Shown piece by piece: positions 27,490 through 35,773 of a DNA stretch of 64,000 nt (positions are counted from its first letter, which is position 1; the number at the start of each line of letters is the position of its first letter). The position numbers and the translations under genes are program-made. Source of the stretch: Saprospiraceae bacterium (GTDB lineage: Bacteria > Bacteroidota > Bacteroidia > Chitinophagales > Saprospiraceae); NCBI GenBank assembly GCA_027488935.1, contig JAIYAP010000052.1, positions 18,518 through 82,517 on the forward strand, written 5' to 3'. Below the pieces are notes generated by a model. That model ran no database searches, was not told the DNA's origin, and was given only the letters and a program-made list of their open reading frames with translations.

Positions 27490-28008
27490 ATGCAAGCTCC
27501 AGGTGTACGTTTGGGCATTTTAGGCGGAGTCGCCGTGGTGTTTTATTTTGCCATTCTATATTTTAGCAACAAAGCCTTGTTTCTAAATCCAGGCTTGCAA
27601 TGGGGCGCGCTTGTAATTTACCTCGTGTTTATGTACCAGGCTGCCGTAGAAGATTGTAAATTGCACGGTGCCGAACGCGATTTCAGAGAATTGGTGCGCA
27701 CCCCCTTTCTCGTTTTTTTATTGATCAACTTTGCGTATTACTTGTTTTTTTACGCCCTGCATTTAGCCGACAAGTCTTTGATTGTGATGGAGTTGGATGC
27801 GAACATTCAAATGTTGCAAGCACAAATCAAGGCAGGTACCGGCGATCCAGTAGAAGCCAATAATTTGCGCTTACAAATTGCCGACCTCGAAAAAATAAAG
27901 GCAGCCCCAAACCAACCCCTTGGCCCTGTATTAATGCAAATGGCACAAGGAGCGATTGGCGGATTTGGACTGGCAGCAGTAATTGCGGCAATTTTGCGGC
28001 GGGCATAA
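27490..28008 (+). CDS. DUF4199-like integral membrane protein (paralog)
   Basis: 172 aa, 4 predicted TM helices. Same architecture as the neighbouring gene. Confidence 0.45.
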   Translation: MQAPGVRLGILGGVAVVFYFAILYFSNKALFLNPGLQWGALVIYLVFMYQAAVEDCKLHGAERDFRELVRTPFLVFLLINFAYYLFFYALHLADKSLIVMELDANIQMLQAQIKAGTGDPVEANNLRLQIADLEKIKAAPNQPLGPVLMQMAQGAIGGFGLAAVIAAILRRA

Positions 28009-28028
28009 CCTACTCACAACCAAACACC

Positions 28029-29012
28029 ATGCAGGCAAATACCCCTCCCTCCCGTTTTTCAGTATTTCGGAAATGGATCCAGTTTATAAGCATTTCGCGG
28101 TTGATACGCTGGACGATTTATGTGTCTTTGAGTTATTGGGTGTACGCCAATTGGTGGAGTGACCTCCCGATGGCGGACCTCAAAACATGGTACACCTACC
28201 CCGAATCGCAATTTATCGTGGTAGATGGCATGGAAGTGCATGTGCGGGTGTGTGGAAAAGGGGAGCCTATTTTATTGCTGCATGATGCCAATAGTGCGCT
28301 GCAAACCTGGAATGGGTGGACAGAGCAATTATCCAAAAAATATCAGGTAATTGCGGTTGATTTGCCCGGTTTTGGCCTGACTGGGCCGCATCCGCGCAGT
28401 TCATATAGTGCCTTTATGTATGCCGACTTTTTACAGCACCTAGTCACCGCCATGGGTATTCCCAAATTTCACCTGGCTGGTTGCGGCTTGGGGGCCCAGA
28501 TTGCCTGGTTTTACGCCGCCGAATCACCGGAGAAAATACGCAGCCTGATCTTATTGGATGCACCCGGATTCGAAGGTAGAAGCAATGACGCACTCACTGT
28601 TTTGGCGCGTACTCCATTACTTAACCGCGTCATATGGACCATAACACCGCGTATGGTCGTAGAAATTATGTTGGAAGATGTATACGCTGACGATACCCAA
28701 ATCACCGATTCCTTGGTACAGCGCCATTTTAATTTGCTGTTAAGGGCCGGAAATCGAAAAGCATTTACCGACCGGGCGCAAGTAAGCGACAATAAGCCGC
28801 CTGTAGATATCATCGAAAAAATAACAGCACCCACTTTAATCTTGTGGGGCGCCGAGGATGCGCGTATTTCACCCGAATATGCTTACGAGTTTCACCGACG
28901 CATCCACGGCGCTTTATTAAAAATTTATCAGAACACCGGTCATTGGCCCCAGGAAGAAAACCCTGGCCAGACGGTAGAAGATGTCATTGCTTTTTTAGAA
29001 GGCAAGTTTTAA
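28029..29012 (+). CDS. Alpha/beta-hydrolase fold protein with atypical nucleophile elbow
   Basis: Oxyanion-region LLLHDANS. Elbow reads HLAGCGLGAQ where GxSxG is expected. C-terminal NTGHWPQEE. Confidence 0.7.
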   Translation: MQANTPPSRFSVFRKWIQFISISRLIRWTIYVSLSYWVYANWWSDLPMADLKTWYTYPESQFIVVDGMEVHVRVCGKGEPILLLHDANSALQTWNGWTEQLSKKYQVIAVDLPGFGLTGPHPRSSYSAFMYADFLQHLVTAMGIPKFHLAGCGLGAQIAWFYAAESPEKIRSLILLDAPGFEGRSNDALTVLARTPLLNRVIWTITPRMVVEIMLEDVYADDTQITDSLVQRHFNLLLRAGNRKAFTDRAQVSDNKPPVDIIEKITAPTLILWGAEDARISPEYAYEFHRRIHGALLKIYQNTGHWPQEENPGQTVEDVIAFLEGKF

Positions 29013-29044
29013 GAGCCTGTAAAAAATATAAATTTTTAAAGGCT

Positions 29045-30409
29045 CTAAGGCGCTACACCTGGAATCAATTCCAACTCGGATACCGCTTCTTCTTCTTTAT
29101 TGGTCTTGTTAAAGGTCCGATATTCCACCCCATTTAACATTTGTAGCAATTGGTCACGAACCACCATGAATTGTTGCAGCGTTTCGCCCGTAATAGGTTG
29201 TGGTTGTGGCAAATTAAGCCGTAAATGATCCACCTCACGGCCATTTTTCCAAAACCGGAAACAACAATGTGGTCCGGTTGCCAAGCCTGTCGCGCCTACA
29301 TAGCCGATGGTTTGACCCTGCGCAACACGTGTACCCCTGTGAATGCCCCGCGCAAAGCCCTGCATGTGCAAATATTGTGTTTCGTAGGTGCCATCGTGGC
29401 GAATTTTTACAAAATTGCCATTGCCTCCGCGGCGCGTTGCCTCTTCAACCACCCCTTCCGCAACCGCTATAATCGGCGTGCCATAAGGTGCTGCATAATC
29501 GGTTCCCAAATGCGCTTTGTGGTATCCCAAAATAGGGTGGAGCCGGTGTAAGTTGAAACGGCTGGAAATGCGAGAAAACTTCACCGGTGATTTCAAGAAT
29601 GCTTTCTTTGCCGGGCGGCCATCAAAATCAAAATAATCGACCTTTTCGCCTTCTTTTTCGTAGTTAAATGCGTAAAAAGATTTGCCCTCGCGCTCGTACA
29701 TGGCAGCAATGATTTTACCCGTACCAACTGCAACGCCTTCTACAAAATGCTGCTCATACACCACTTTGAAGCGATCACCCTGTCTTTGGTGATAAAAATC
29801 GACGGAAGAAGAAAGTACATCAATCATACCATCTGCCAGTTCATCATTGAGGCCGTTATCCGTAAGTGCCTGCCAAAAACTGGTTTCAAGTACGCCGGAT
29901 GCCGCTACAATTTCGGTTTTTACATCCCTTTTTACCACATTAACTTGAAAAGGCTCCGTCAAGTTAAAAACTACATATTCGTAAGGAGAAGGCTCATACA
30001 CCATTTGGGTAGCGTGGGCTTCCTGGGCCTGTTTCAAGAAAAACAGCGTTTTCCCGGCACGCATCGAATTAATGTTAAAAACGCCTTTGGAGGCTTCAAC
30101 CAGTGCTGCAACTTGTGGGTACGTAAGCCCTTGCCGCATCAGAATTTCGCCCAACACATCGCCAGAGCGCAAGGTATTTTCGGTAAGTTGGTAGGTATTG
30201 AGTGAAAATCCCCATCGCTTGATTTCAGAGGGCGCTGCTTGGGCTAAGGCCATGGAAGCGGCCTGATTACGTTGTTTGGCAATTTGTGAAGAAATAAGGA
30301 TCAGTGCGGTCAAAAAGGCAACACCACCAATCACCAGCCATCCATTAGAAGGAAGTGCTTGTTTCATACGCCGCATCCATTGTTGCGGCAACTTCTTTAG
30401 GTCGTTCAC
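29045..30409 (-). CDS. M23 family peptidoglycan metalloendopeptidase
   Basis: HLGTDYAAPYGTPI, FVKIRHDGTYETQYLHM, GYVGATGLATGPHCCF. N-terminal membrane anchor. Confidence 0.9.
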   Translation of the reverse strand: MNDLKKLPQQWMRRMKQALPSNGWLVIGGVAFLTALILISSQIAKQRNQAASMALAQAAPSEIKRWGFSLNTYQLTENTLRSGDVLGEILMRQGLTYPQVAALVEASKGVFNINSMRAGKTLFFLKQAQEAHATQMVYEPSPYEYVVFNLTEPFQVNVVKRDVKTEIVAASGVLETSFWQALTDNGLNDELADGMIDVLSSSVDFYHQRQGDRFKVVYEQHFVEGVAVGTGKIIAAMYEREGKSFYAFNYEKEGEKVDYFDFDGRPAKKAFLKSPVKFSRISSRFNLHRLHPILGYHKAHLGTDYAAPYGTPIIAVAEGVVEEATRRGGNGNFVKIRHDGTYETQYLHMQGFARGIHRGTRVAQGQTIGYVGATGLATGPHCCFRFWKNGREVDHLRLNLPQPQPITGETLQQFMVVRDQLLQMLNGVEYRTFNKTNKEEEAVSELELIPGVAP

Positions 30410-30846
30410 TTAATTCGTAGGTATTTAGATTAACATTCGGCTAATACGATTTGAAAAAAGCCGTAAAACTGGTCCGGTTTGGAGGAGTAAATAGTAGGAA
30501 AATACTATAGCATACCATTGTGTGCGTGGCAAAAATAGAATTGCATTTCGGTTTTTTACACATTCGGGTAGTTAAATTCGCCAACAGCCCGGTGTTACTT
30601 TTATGTGGAAAACAAAATATTGCTTTTTTTAGCTTTTAAAACGCTTATAATTAGTTTTTTATAAAATATATTTTTTTAAATTTAAAATCGAAAATTCGCT
30701 GAGACTTTTCAGGGCCGAGGATAGTGGCCAATTTGGATAGGGAACAGGCCTATTTTTAGGGATTAAATCTGCCTTGCAACGTAAAATTTGCTGTACGGCC
30801 TTATATTAATGAGGAATCGAAATAAAATTTGCCCTACCTTTGCACT

Positions 30847-32748
30847 ATGCTTAGTTTGAACAATATCTATATCCAATACGGCAACCGAATCCTGCTCGAT
30901 TATGTAAGCCTGGTGATTAAGCCCGGTGAACGGGTCGGTTTGGTGGGACGCAACGGCGCAGGAAAATCTACGCTCTTAAAAGTAATTGCCGGTGAAATGT
31001 CGCCCCATGAAGGCAATGTGGTGGTAGCCAACCACTTTACCATCGGGTATTTGCACCAGGATATGTTGCTCCCAAAAGGGAAAACGGTGCTCGATGAAAC
31101 CATGACGGCCTTCAGTGAAGTCCTGGAACTTGAAAAAAGACTGCGTCATATCGAACAGGAACTCACCGTTCGAGAAGATTATGAATCCGATGAATATGCC
31201 CAACTCATTGAAGACATGGGCGATGTCACCGACCGATTGCACCACTTAGGCGGCCATACCACCCAGGCCGATGCCGAAAAAGTACTTGCAGGACTTGGTT
31301 TTAAAACCAGTGATATGCCCCGCCTGACCGATGAGTTCTCCGGTGGATGGCAAATGCGGATTGAATTGGCCAAAATGTTGCTGCGCGAACCCGATCTGCT
31401 GCTCCTCGATGAGCCTACCAACCACTTGGACATTGAAAGTATCCTGTGGCTGGAAGACTTTTTGAACAGCTACCAGGGCATGGCCGTTGTAATTAGCCAC
31501 GATAAACGCTTTCTGGATAATGTAACCAACCGCACGGCGGAGGTTGTACTCGGGAAAGTGCACGATTATAAGGCTGCATACTCCCGGTATGTGGAATTGA
31601 GCCAGGAACGCCGCGAACAAATGAGCGCCGCCGCCGAAAACCAGCAACGCGTTATTGCCGATAAAGAACGCACCATCGCACGCTTTATGGCCAAGGCCTC
31701 CAAAACCAAAATGGCCCAGTCGATGCAAAAACAGCTCGACAAATTGGAGCGCATTGAAATTGACGACACCGATACAACTTCCATGATTATCCGCTTCCCG
31801 CCACCCCCTCGCTCGGGTGAGGTAGCAGCAAAGGCGGATCACATGACCAAAAAATATGGCAACAATACCATCCTCGACAATGTGGATTTTAATATCCTGC
31901 GCGGGGAACGGGTAGCGTTTGTAGGCCAAAACGGTCAGGGAAAAACAACCTTGGCCAAAATTATCTGCGGCATGGAACCCGCTACTTCGGGCGAGGCATC
32001 CCTGGGTTATAACATCCACTTGGGGTATTATGCGCAAAACCAGGCAGAAACCCTCGATCCGAAACTGACCCTCATTGAAACGATGGAAAAATACGCCCCG
32101 CCAGAAATGCGCACCAAACTGCGTTCTATCCTGGGTGCGTTTTTGTTTAGTGGGCAGGATGTCGATAAAAAAGTGGTGGCCCTCTCCGGGGGAGAACGTG
32201 CACGCCTGGCTTTGGCCTGTATGTTGTTGCGCCCGATCAATTTCCTGATACTCGATGAGCCTACCAACCACTTGGATATGACTTCCAAGGAAGTGTTGAA
32301 GCAAGCATTGATCGATTTTGAAGGTACTTTGCTGGTCGTAAGTCACGACCGCGAATTTTTGAGCGATCTTACCCAGCGTACCATCGAATTCCGCGACCAC
32401 AAATTGATTGAATACCTGGGTGATATTAACTATTTCCTCGATAAACGCAAACTCGACAACATGCGTGATGTGGAAATGCGGACCGTCAATGGTGCTACAA
32501 ATGGTGCAGCAAAAGGAAAAGAACTCAACGCTGAAGAGAAAAAAGCACTGCAACGCAACGTGCAAAAATCTGAAAAACGCATCGCCGACCTCGAACAGGA
32601 AATCAAAGGCATCGAATCGAAAATGGAAGCAGCCGATTTCTATATGAAACCCGAAGCCGATGCCGTGATGAAAAAATACGCCGATCTAAAAGCTGAACTG
32701 CAAAAAGAGTACGCAAGCTGGGAATTGGCCGTAGAGCAAATTGGGTAA
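30847..32748 (+). CDS. ABC-F family ATPase (tandem ABC domains, no TM)
   Basis: Walker A GRNGAGKST and GQNGQGKTT. Signatures FSGGWQMR and LSGGERAR. C-terminal coiled-coil tail. Confidence 0.9.
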   Translation: MLSLNNIYIQYGNRILLDYVSLVIKPGERVGLVGRNGAGKSTLLKVIAGEMSPHEGNVVVANHFTIGYLHQDMLLPKGKTVLDETMTAFSEVLELEKRLRHIEQELTVREDYESDEYAQLIEDMGDVTDRLHHLGGHTTQADAEKVLAGLGFKTSDMPRLTDEFSGGWQMRIELAKMLLREPDLLLLDEPTNHLDIESILWLEDFLNSYQGMAVVISHDKRFLDNVTNRTAEVVLGKVHDYKAAYSRYVELSQERREQMSAAAENQQRVIADKERTIARFMAKASKTKMAQSMQKQLDKLERIEIDDTDTTSMIIRFPPPPRSGEVAAKADHMTKKYGNNTILDNVDFNILRGERVAFVGQNGQGKTTLAKIICGMEPATSGEASLGYNIHLGYYAQNQAETLDPKLTLIETMEKYAPPEMRTKLRSILGAFLFSGQDVDKKVVALSGGERARLALACMLLRPINFLILDEPTNHLDMTSKEVLKQALIDFEGTLLVVSHDREFLSDLTQRTIEFRDHKLIEYLGDINYFLDKRKLDNMRDVEMRTVNGATNGAAKGKELNAEEKKALQRNVQKSEKRIADLEQEIKGIESKMEAADFYMKPEADAVMKKYADLKAELQKEYASWELAVEQIG

Positions 32749-32776
32749 GGTTTTTTGAGACGTTGGTCTATAAAAT

Positions 32777-32840
32777 TGGGTGAACATGTAGCTTGTCCGA
32801 CATTTGAAGTGTCTGACAAATCTGTGTTCACCCATTTTTT
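32777..32840 (+). terminator. Terminator-like compound hairpin with T6
   Basis: tgggtgaaca pairs with tgttcaccca (10 bp) around an inner imperfect hairpin, then tttttt. Confidence 0.5.
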
Positions 32841-32892
32841 GTAGGATGCACACCCCGGTCAAAAACGGGTGGCAATCTTACCACTAAGCCCA

Positions 32893-33846
32893 ATGCAAAT
32901 GTTTATGCGCCCAAAAGTTTGGCTTCCCCTGTTTTTTATCGTGTTTTCTAATTTTTTCGCCCAGGCCCAACAAGGACTCACCGGGGCATATTACCAAGGT
33001 ACCCGATTTGAGCGGTATGTGCTTTCGCGCACCGATAAAGATCTGGATTTTGATTGGGACAAGGTGCCGCCCGCCAAGGGTCTTCCTCCTTCCTATTTTT
33101 CTATACGCTGGACAGGTTTTCTAAACGTACCCAAATCAGGCAAATACCTGTTTTCGGCAATGGTCGACGATGGGATTCGCCTGTGGCTGGATGATCAATT
33201 GATTATTGATGCCTGGGATTTGCATGATTCGGAGCGCTTTAACGGCTCGGCTACCTTGGAAGCGGGCAAGTCTTATGCCCTACGGGTCGATTATTTCAAT
33301 GATATTTTTGAAGGTGAAATCCATTTAAACTGGCAAATACCCGAAACAACGGGCAATTTTCAGAAAATTGACCCTAAGTATTTTTCCAAAACCAAAACCC
33401 GCCAGCAACCCCTCCGAAAACCCGCTCCAACGCCTGTTCCGGAAAAACCCAAACCCCAGCCTCCCGTCCCAAAGCCCGTGGTTGTAGTTAAAACCCAACC
33501 GGATTCACTGGAAAAATACCTGCCTAAGAATATTCTGTTCGAACAAAGCAAAAGCATTATGTTGCCCGGCTCAAAAGTGGAATTGGATAAACTGGCAGAT
33601 ATGCTTTTACGCCACCCGGAAATTAACCTGACCATCGAAGGCCACACCGATAATATAGGTGATCCCGCTAAAAATATGGTGTTATCTCAGGATCGGGCAA
33701 GGGTAACGGCCCGCTACCTGGTTGAAAAAGGTATTTCCGGAAAACGTATTGACGCAAAAGGTTACGGCAGTACCCAACCGCTTAGCACCGAAAATACTGC
33801 CGCTGGTCACGCCAAAAACCGCCGCGTCGTATTTATCTTGCGCTAA
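32893..33846 (+). CDS. PA14 domain / OmpA-like peptidoglycan-binding protein
   Basis: Signal peptide. PA14-like GLTGAYYQG...DDGIRLWLDD, a Pro-rich linker PAPTPVPEKPKPQPPVPKP, then OmpA_C motifs IEGHTDNIGD, LSQDRA, NRRV. Confidence 0.8.
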   Translation: MQMFMRPKVWLPLFFIVFSNFFAQAQQGLTGAYYQGTRFERYVLSRTDKDLDFDWDKVPPAKGLPPSYFSIRWTGFLNVPKSGKYLFSAMVDDGIRLWLDDQLIIDAWDLHDSERFNGSATLEAGKSYALRVDYFNDIFEGEIHLNWQIPETTGNFQKIDPKYFSKTKTRQQPLRKPAPTPVPEKPKPQPPVPKPVVVVKTQPDSLEKYLPKNILFEQSKSIMLPGSKVELDKLADMLLRHPEINLTIEGHTDNIGDPAKNMVLSQDRARVTARYLVEKGISGKRIDAKGYGSTQPLSTENTAAGHAKNRRVVFILR

Positions 33847-33953
33847 AATTGGTTCGTTTGTCGTTGCGCCAACACTTCGAACAGGCTATGACAACCTTTT
33901 AACTGACCAGCTTGTTTGCCTTGCAACGGTTCACCATTCAAAATCATCCCAAG

Positions 33954-34631
33954 ATGAAAATTTCAAAATTTGTTTTGTTCCCAGTCATAGCCCTGATTGT
34001 GTTTTCTTATTGCGCTTCTAAAAATGAGGCTAAAGTGCCCACTAAACTTGAACGCCCAACGCTTACCGTCCCGGCAAAAGTCGATTTAACCGGCATGAGC
34101 AAAGCGACTTTTGCAGCCGGTTGTTTCTGGTGTGAAGAAGCCGTATTTGAAAATATTAAAGGAGTTTCGGAAGTCATTTCTGGCTATGCAGGCGGAGATA
34201 CTGAGAACCCTACCTACGAAGAAGTCGGTTCTGGTCGCACCGGCCATACTGAAACGGTAGAAATCTACTACGATTCTACGATTATTCACTACCCGGAACT
34301 GATTCGGGTGTTCTTCGCCTCCCAGGATCCAACGCAAGTGAATGGACAAGGCCCCGACCATGGTACCCAATACCGCTCGGCAATTTTTTACCGCAATGCG
34401 GTAGAACAACGTATTGCCATTGAATATGTAGCTCAATTGACCAATTCGGGCAAGTTCAGCAAGCCGATTGCTGCACAAATCGTACCTTTCACAAAGTTCT
34501 GGCCAGCGGAAGATTACCACCAAAACTATGTGGTGCTGAATCCTGGCAACCCGTATGTGCAACACGAATCTATTCCGCGTTTGCGTCGTACCCTTGAGCA
34601 AGTACCGGATTTGGTAAAAAGCAAAAAGTAA
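33954..34631 (+). CDS. msrA: Peptide-methionine (S)-S-oxide reductase MsrA, lipoprotein-type signal
   Basis: Active-site GCFWCEE. Also GHTE, DPTQ, YRSAIF and DYHQNY. Confidence 0.9.
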   Translation: MKISKFVLFPVIALIVFSYCASKNEAKVPTKLERPTLTVPAKVDLTGMSKATFAAGCFWCEEAVFENIKGVSEVISGYAGGDTENPTYEEVGSGRTGHTETVEIYYDSTIIHYPELIRVFFASQDPTQVNGQGPDHGTQYRSAIFYRNAVEQRIAIEYVAQLTNSGKFSKPIAAQIVPFTKFWPAEDYHQNYVVLNPGNPYVQHESIPRLRRTLEQVPDLVKSKK

Positions 34632-34652
34632 AGTTTCTCTTTAACTAAAAAA

Positions 34653-34684
34653 CTGATGTATGGCACCCATACATCAGTTTTTTT
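34653..34684. terminator. Intrinsic terminator
   Basis: ctgatgtatgg, loop cac, ccatacatcag (11 bp), flanked by A6 upstream and T7 downstream. Confidence 0.85.
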
Positions 34685-34809
34685 ATGCAAATAAAGCAAT
34701 TTATTATTAAATATTCGCGGTTATCGGCTATATTTCGGATCGAAATCAGTTGAATGGATAAATTTTATCACCCGCTTGCGTACTGGCAGTATTTTACCTT
34801 TACCTTTCT

Positions 34810-35772
34810 ATGAAGATTCTTTACCATGATCATGTTTTGCTGCACGAAACAGGCCAGCATCCTGAAAATCGACTACGGTTGTCGCATTTTGAGCATCTGA
34901 AACCTCTCGAAATAGCACCCGATGGAGCCCATGCGCTTACCCTGATCCATCCCGAATCTTATATCGATCGGGTGCAGCACCATTGCGCCAATGGGTTTCC
35001 CTTGGATGGCGATACAAAAGTACACCACCAAAGTTTTTTGGCGGCTACAACGGCAGTGGGTTTGGCGCTTTTGGCGGCCGAACAGCGCGATTTTGCCTTG
35101 GTGCGTCCGCCCGGCCACCACGCATTCCGTTCGGAGGCACGCGGTTTTTGCATTTTTAATAACGTTGCGATTGCTGCTCAAAAAGCAGTAAATGAAGGTA
35201 AAAAAGTGCTTATTCTCGACTTTGACGGGCACCTGGGCGATGGGACCATGGATATTTTTTACGACAGCGATCAGGTTTTGTTTTGGTCTTTACACCAATA
35301 TCCAGCCTATCCGGGCAATGGCTCGGCGCAGGAAATTGGGGTAGGGAGCGGACTTGGATTTACCATCAATCAACCCATCCCGCCTGCTTCCGGTGACGAT
35401 ATTTTTTGGCATGCTATTGAATACATGTTACCCGTAGCGCTTCAATTCAACCCGGATGTGGTGGCGGTTTCGGCAGGTTTCGATGCGCACCAGTTCGAAC
35501 CGCTGTTAGAATTGCGCGCGAGTGCCAATTTTTATTACAAGGTGGGTAAAATGCTGAGCGAAAACTTTCCCGGCAAGGTGTTCGGCGTATTGGAAGGTGG
35601 ATACAATGCCCAGGATTTACCCCATTGTGTGCACAATTTTATTGCAGGCATCAACCTGGAGCCAATGCCCTACGAAGAAGCCAGCACCAGCTCCGGTATG
35701 CGCGTGTGGGAAACCTATGAAATGCACTTGCATACCGCTGCGGCACTTTTATCGAAATTTTGGAAGTTTTAA
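34810..35772 (+). CDS. Zn-dependent histone deacetylase-family (AcuC/HDAC-like) deacetylase
   Basis: RPPGHHA, DFDGHLGDGT, AGFDAH, LEGGY. Confidence 0.85.
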   Translation: MKILYHDHVLLHETGQHPENRLRLSHFEHLKPLEIAPDGAHALTLIHPESYIDRVQHHCANGFPLDGDTKVHHQSFLAATTAVGLALLAAEQRDFALVRPPGHHAFRSEARGFCIFNNVAIAAQKAVNEGKKVLILDFDGHLGDGTMDIFYDSDQVLFWSLHQYPAYPGNGSAQEIGVGSGLGFTINQPIPPASGDDIFWHAIEYMLPVALQFNPDVVAVSAGFDAHQFEPLLELRASANFYYKVGKMLSENFPGKVFGVLEGGYNAQDLPHCVHNFIAGINLEPMPYEEASTSSGMRVWETYEMHLHTAAALLSKFWKF

Positions 35773-35773
35773 T

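Noticed and set aside
35597-35773. Upstream extension of the Pat ORF overlapping the HDAC gene. Similar N-terminal extensions occur at 13846-13986, 17373-17462, 4191-4223, 11873-11932 and 48838-48906.
   Set aside because: In each case an internal ATG gives a canonical N-terminus (signal peptide, or a family-typical start). The extension either overlaps the preceding gene or is made of repeat or hairpin sequence.
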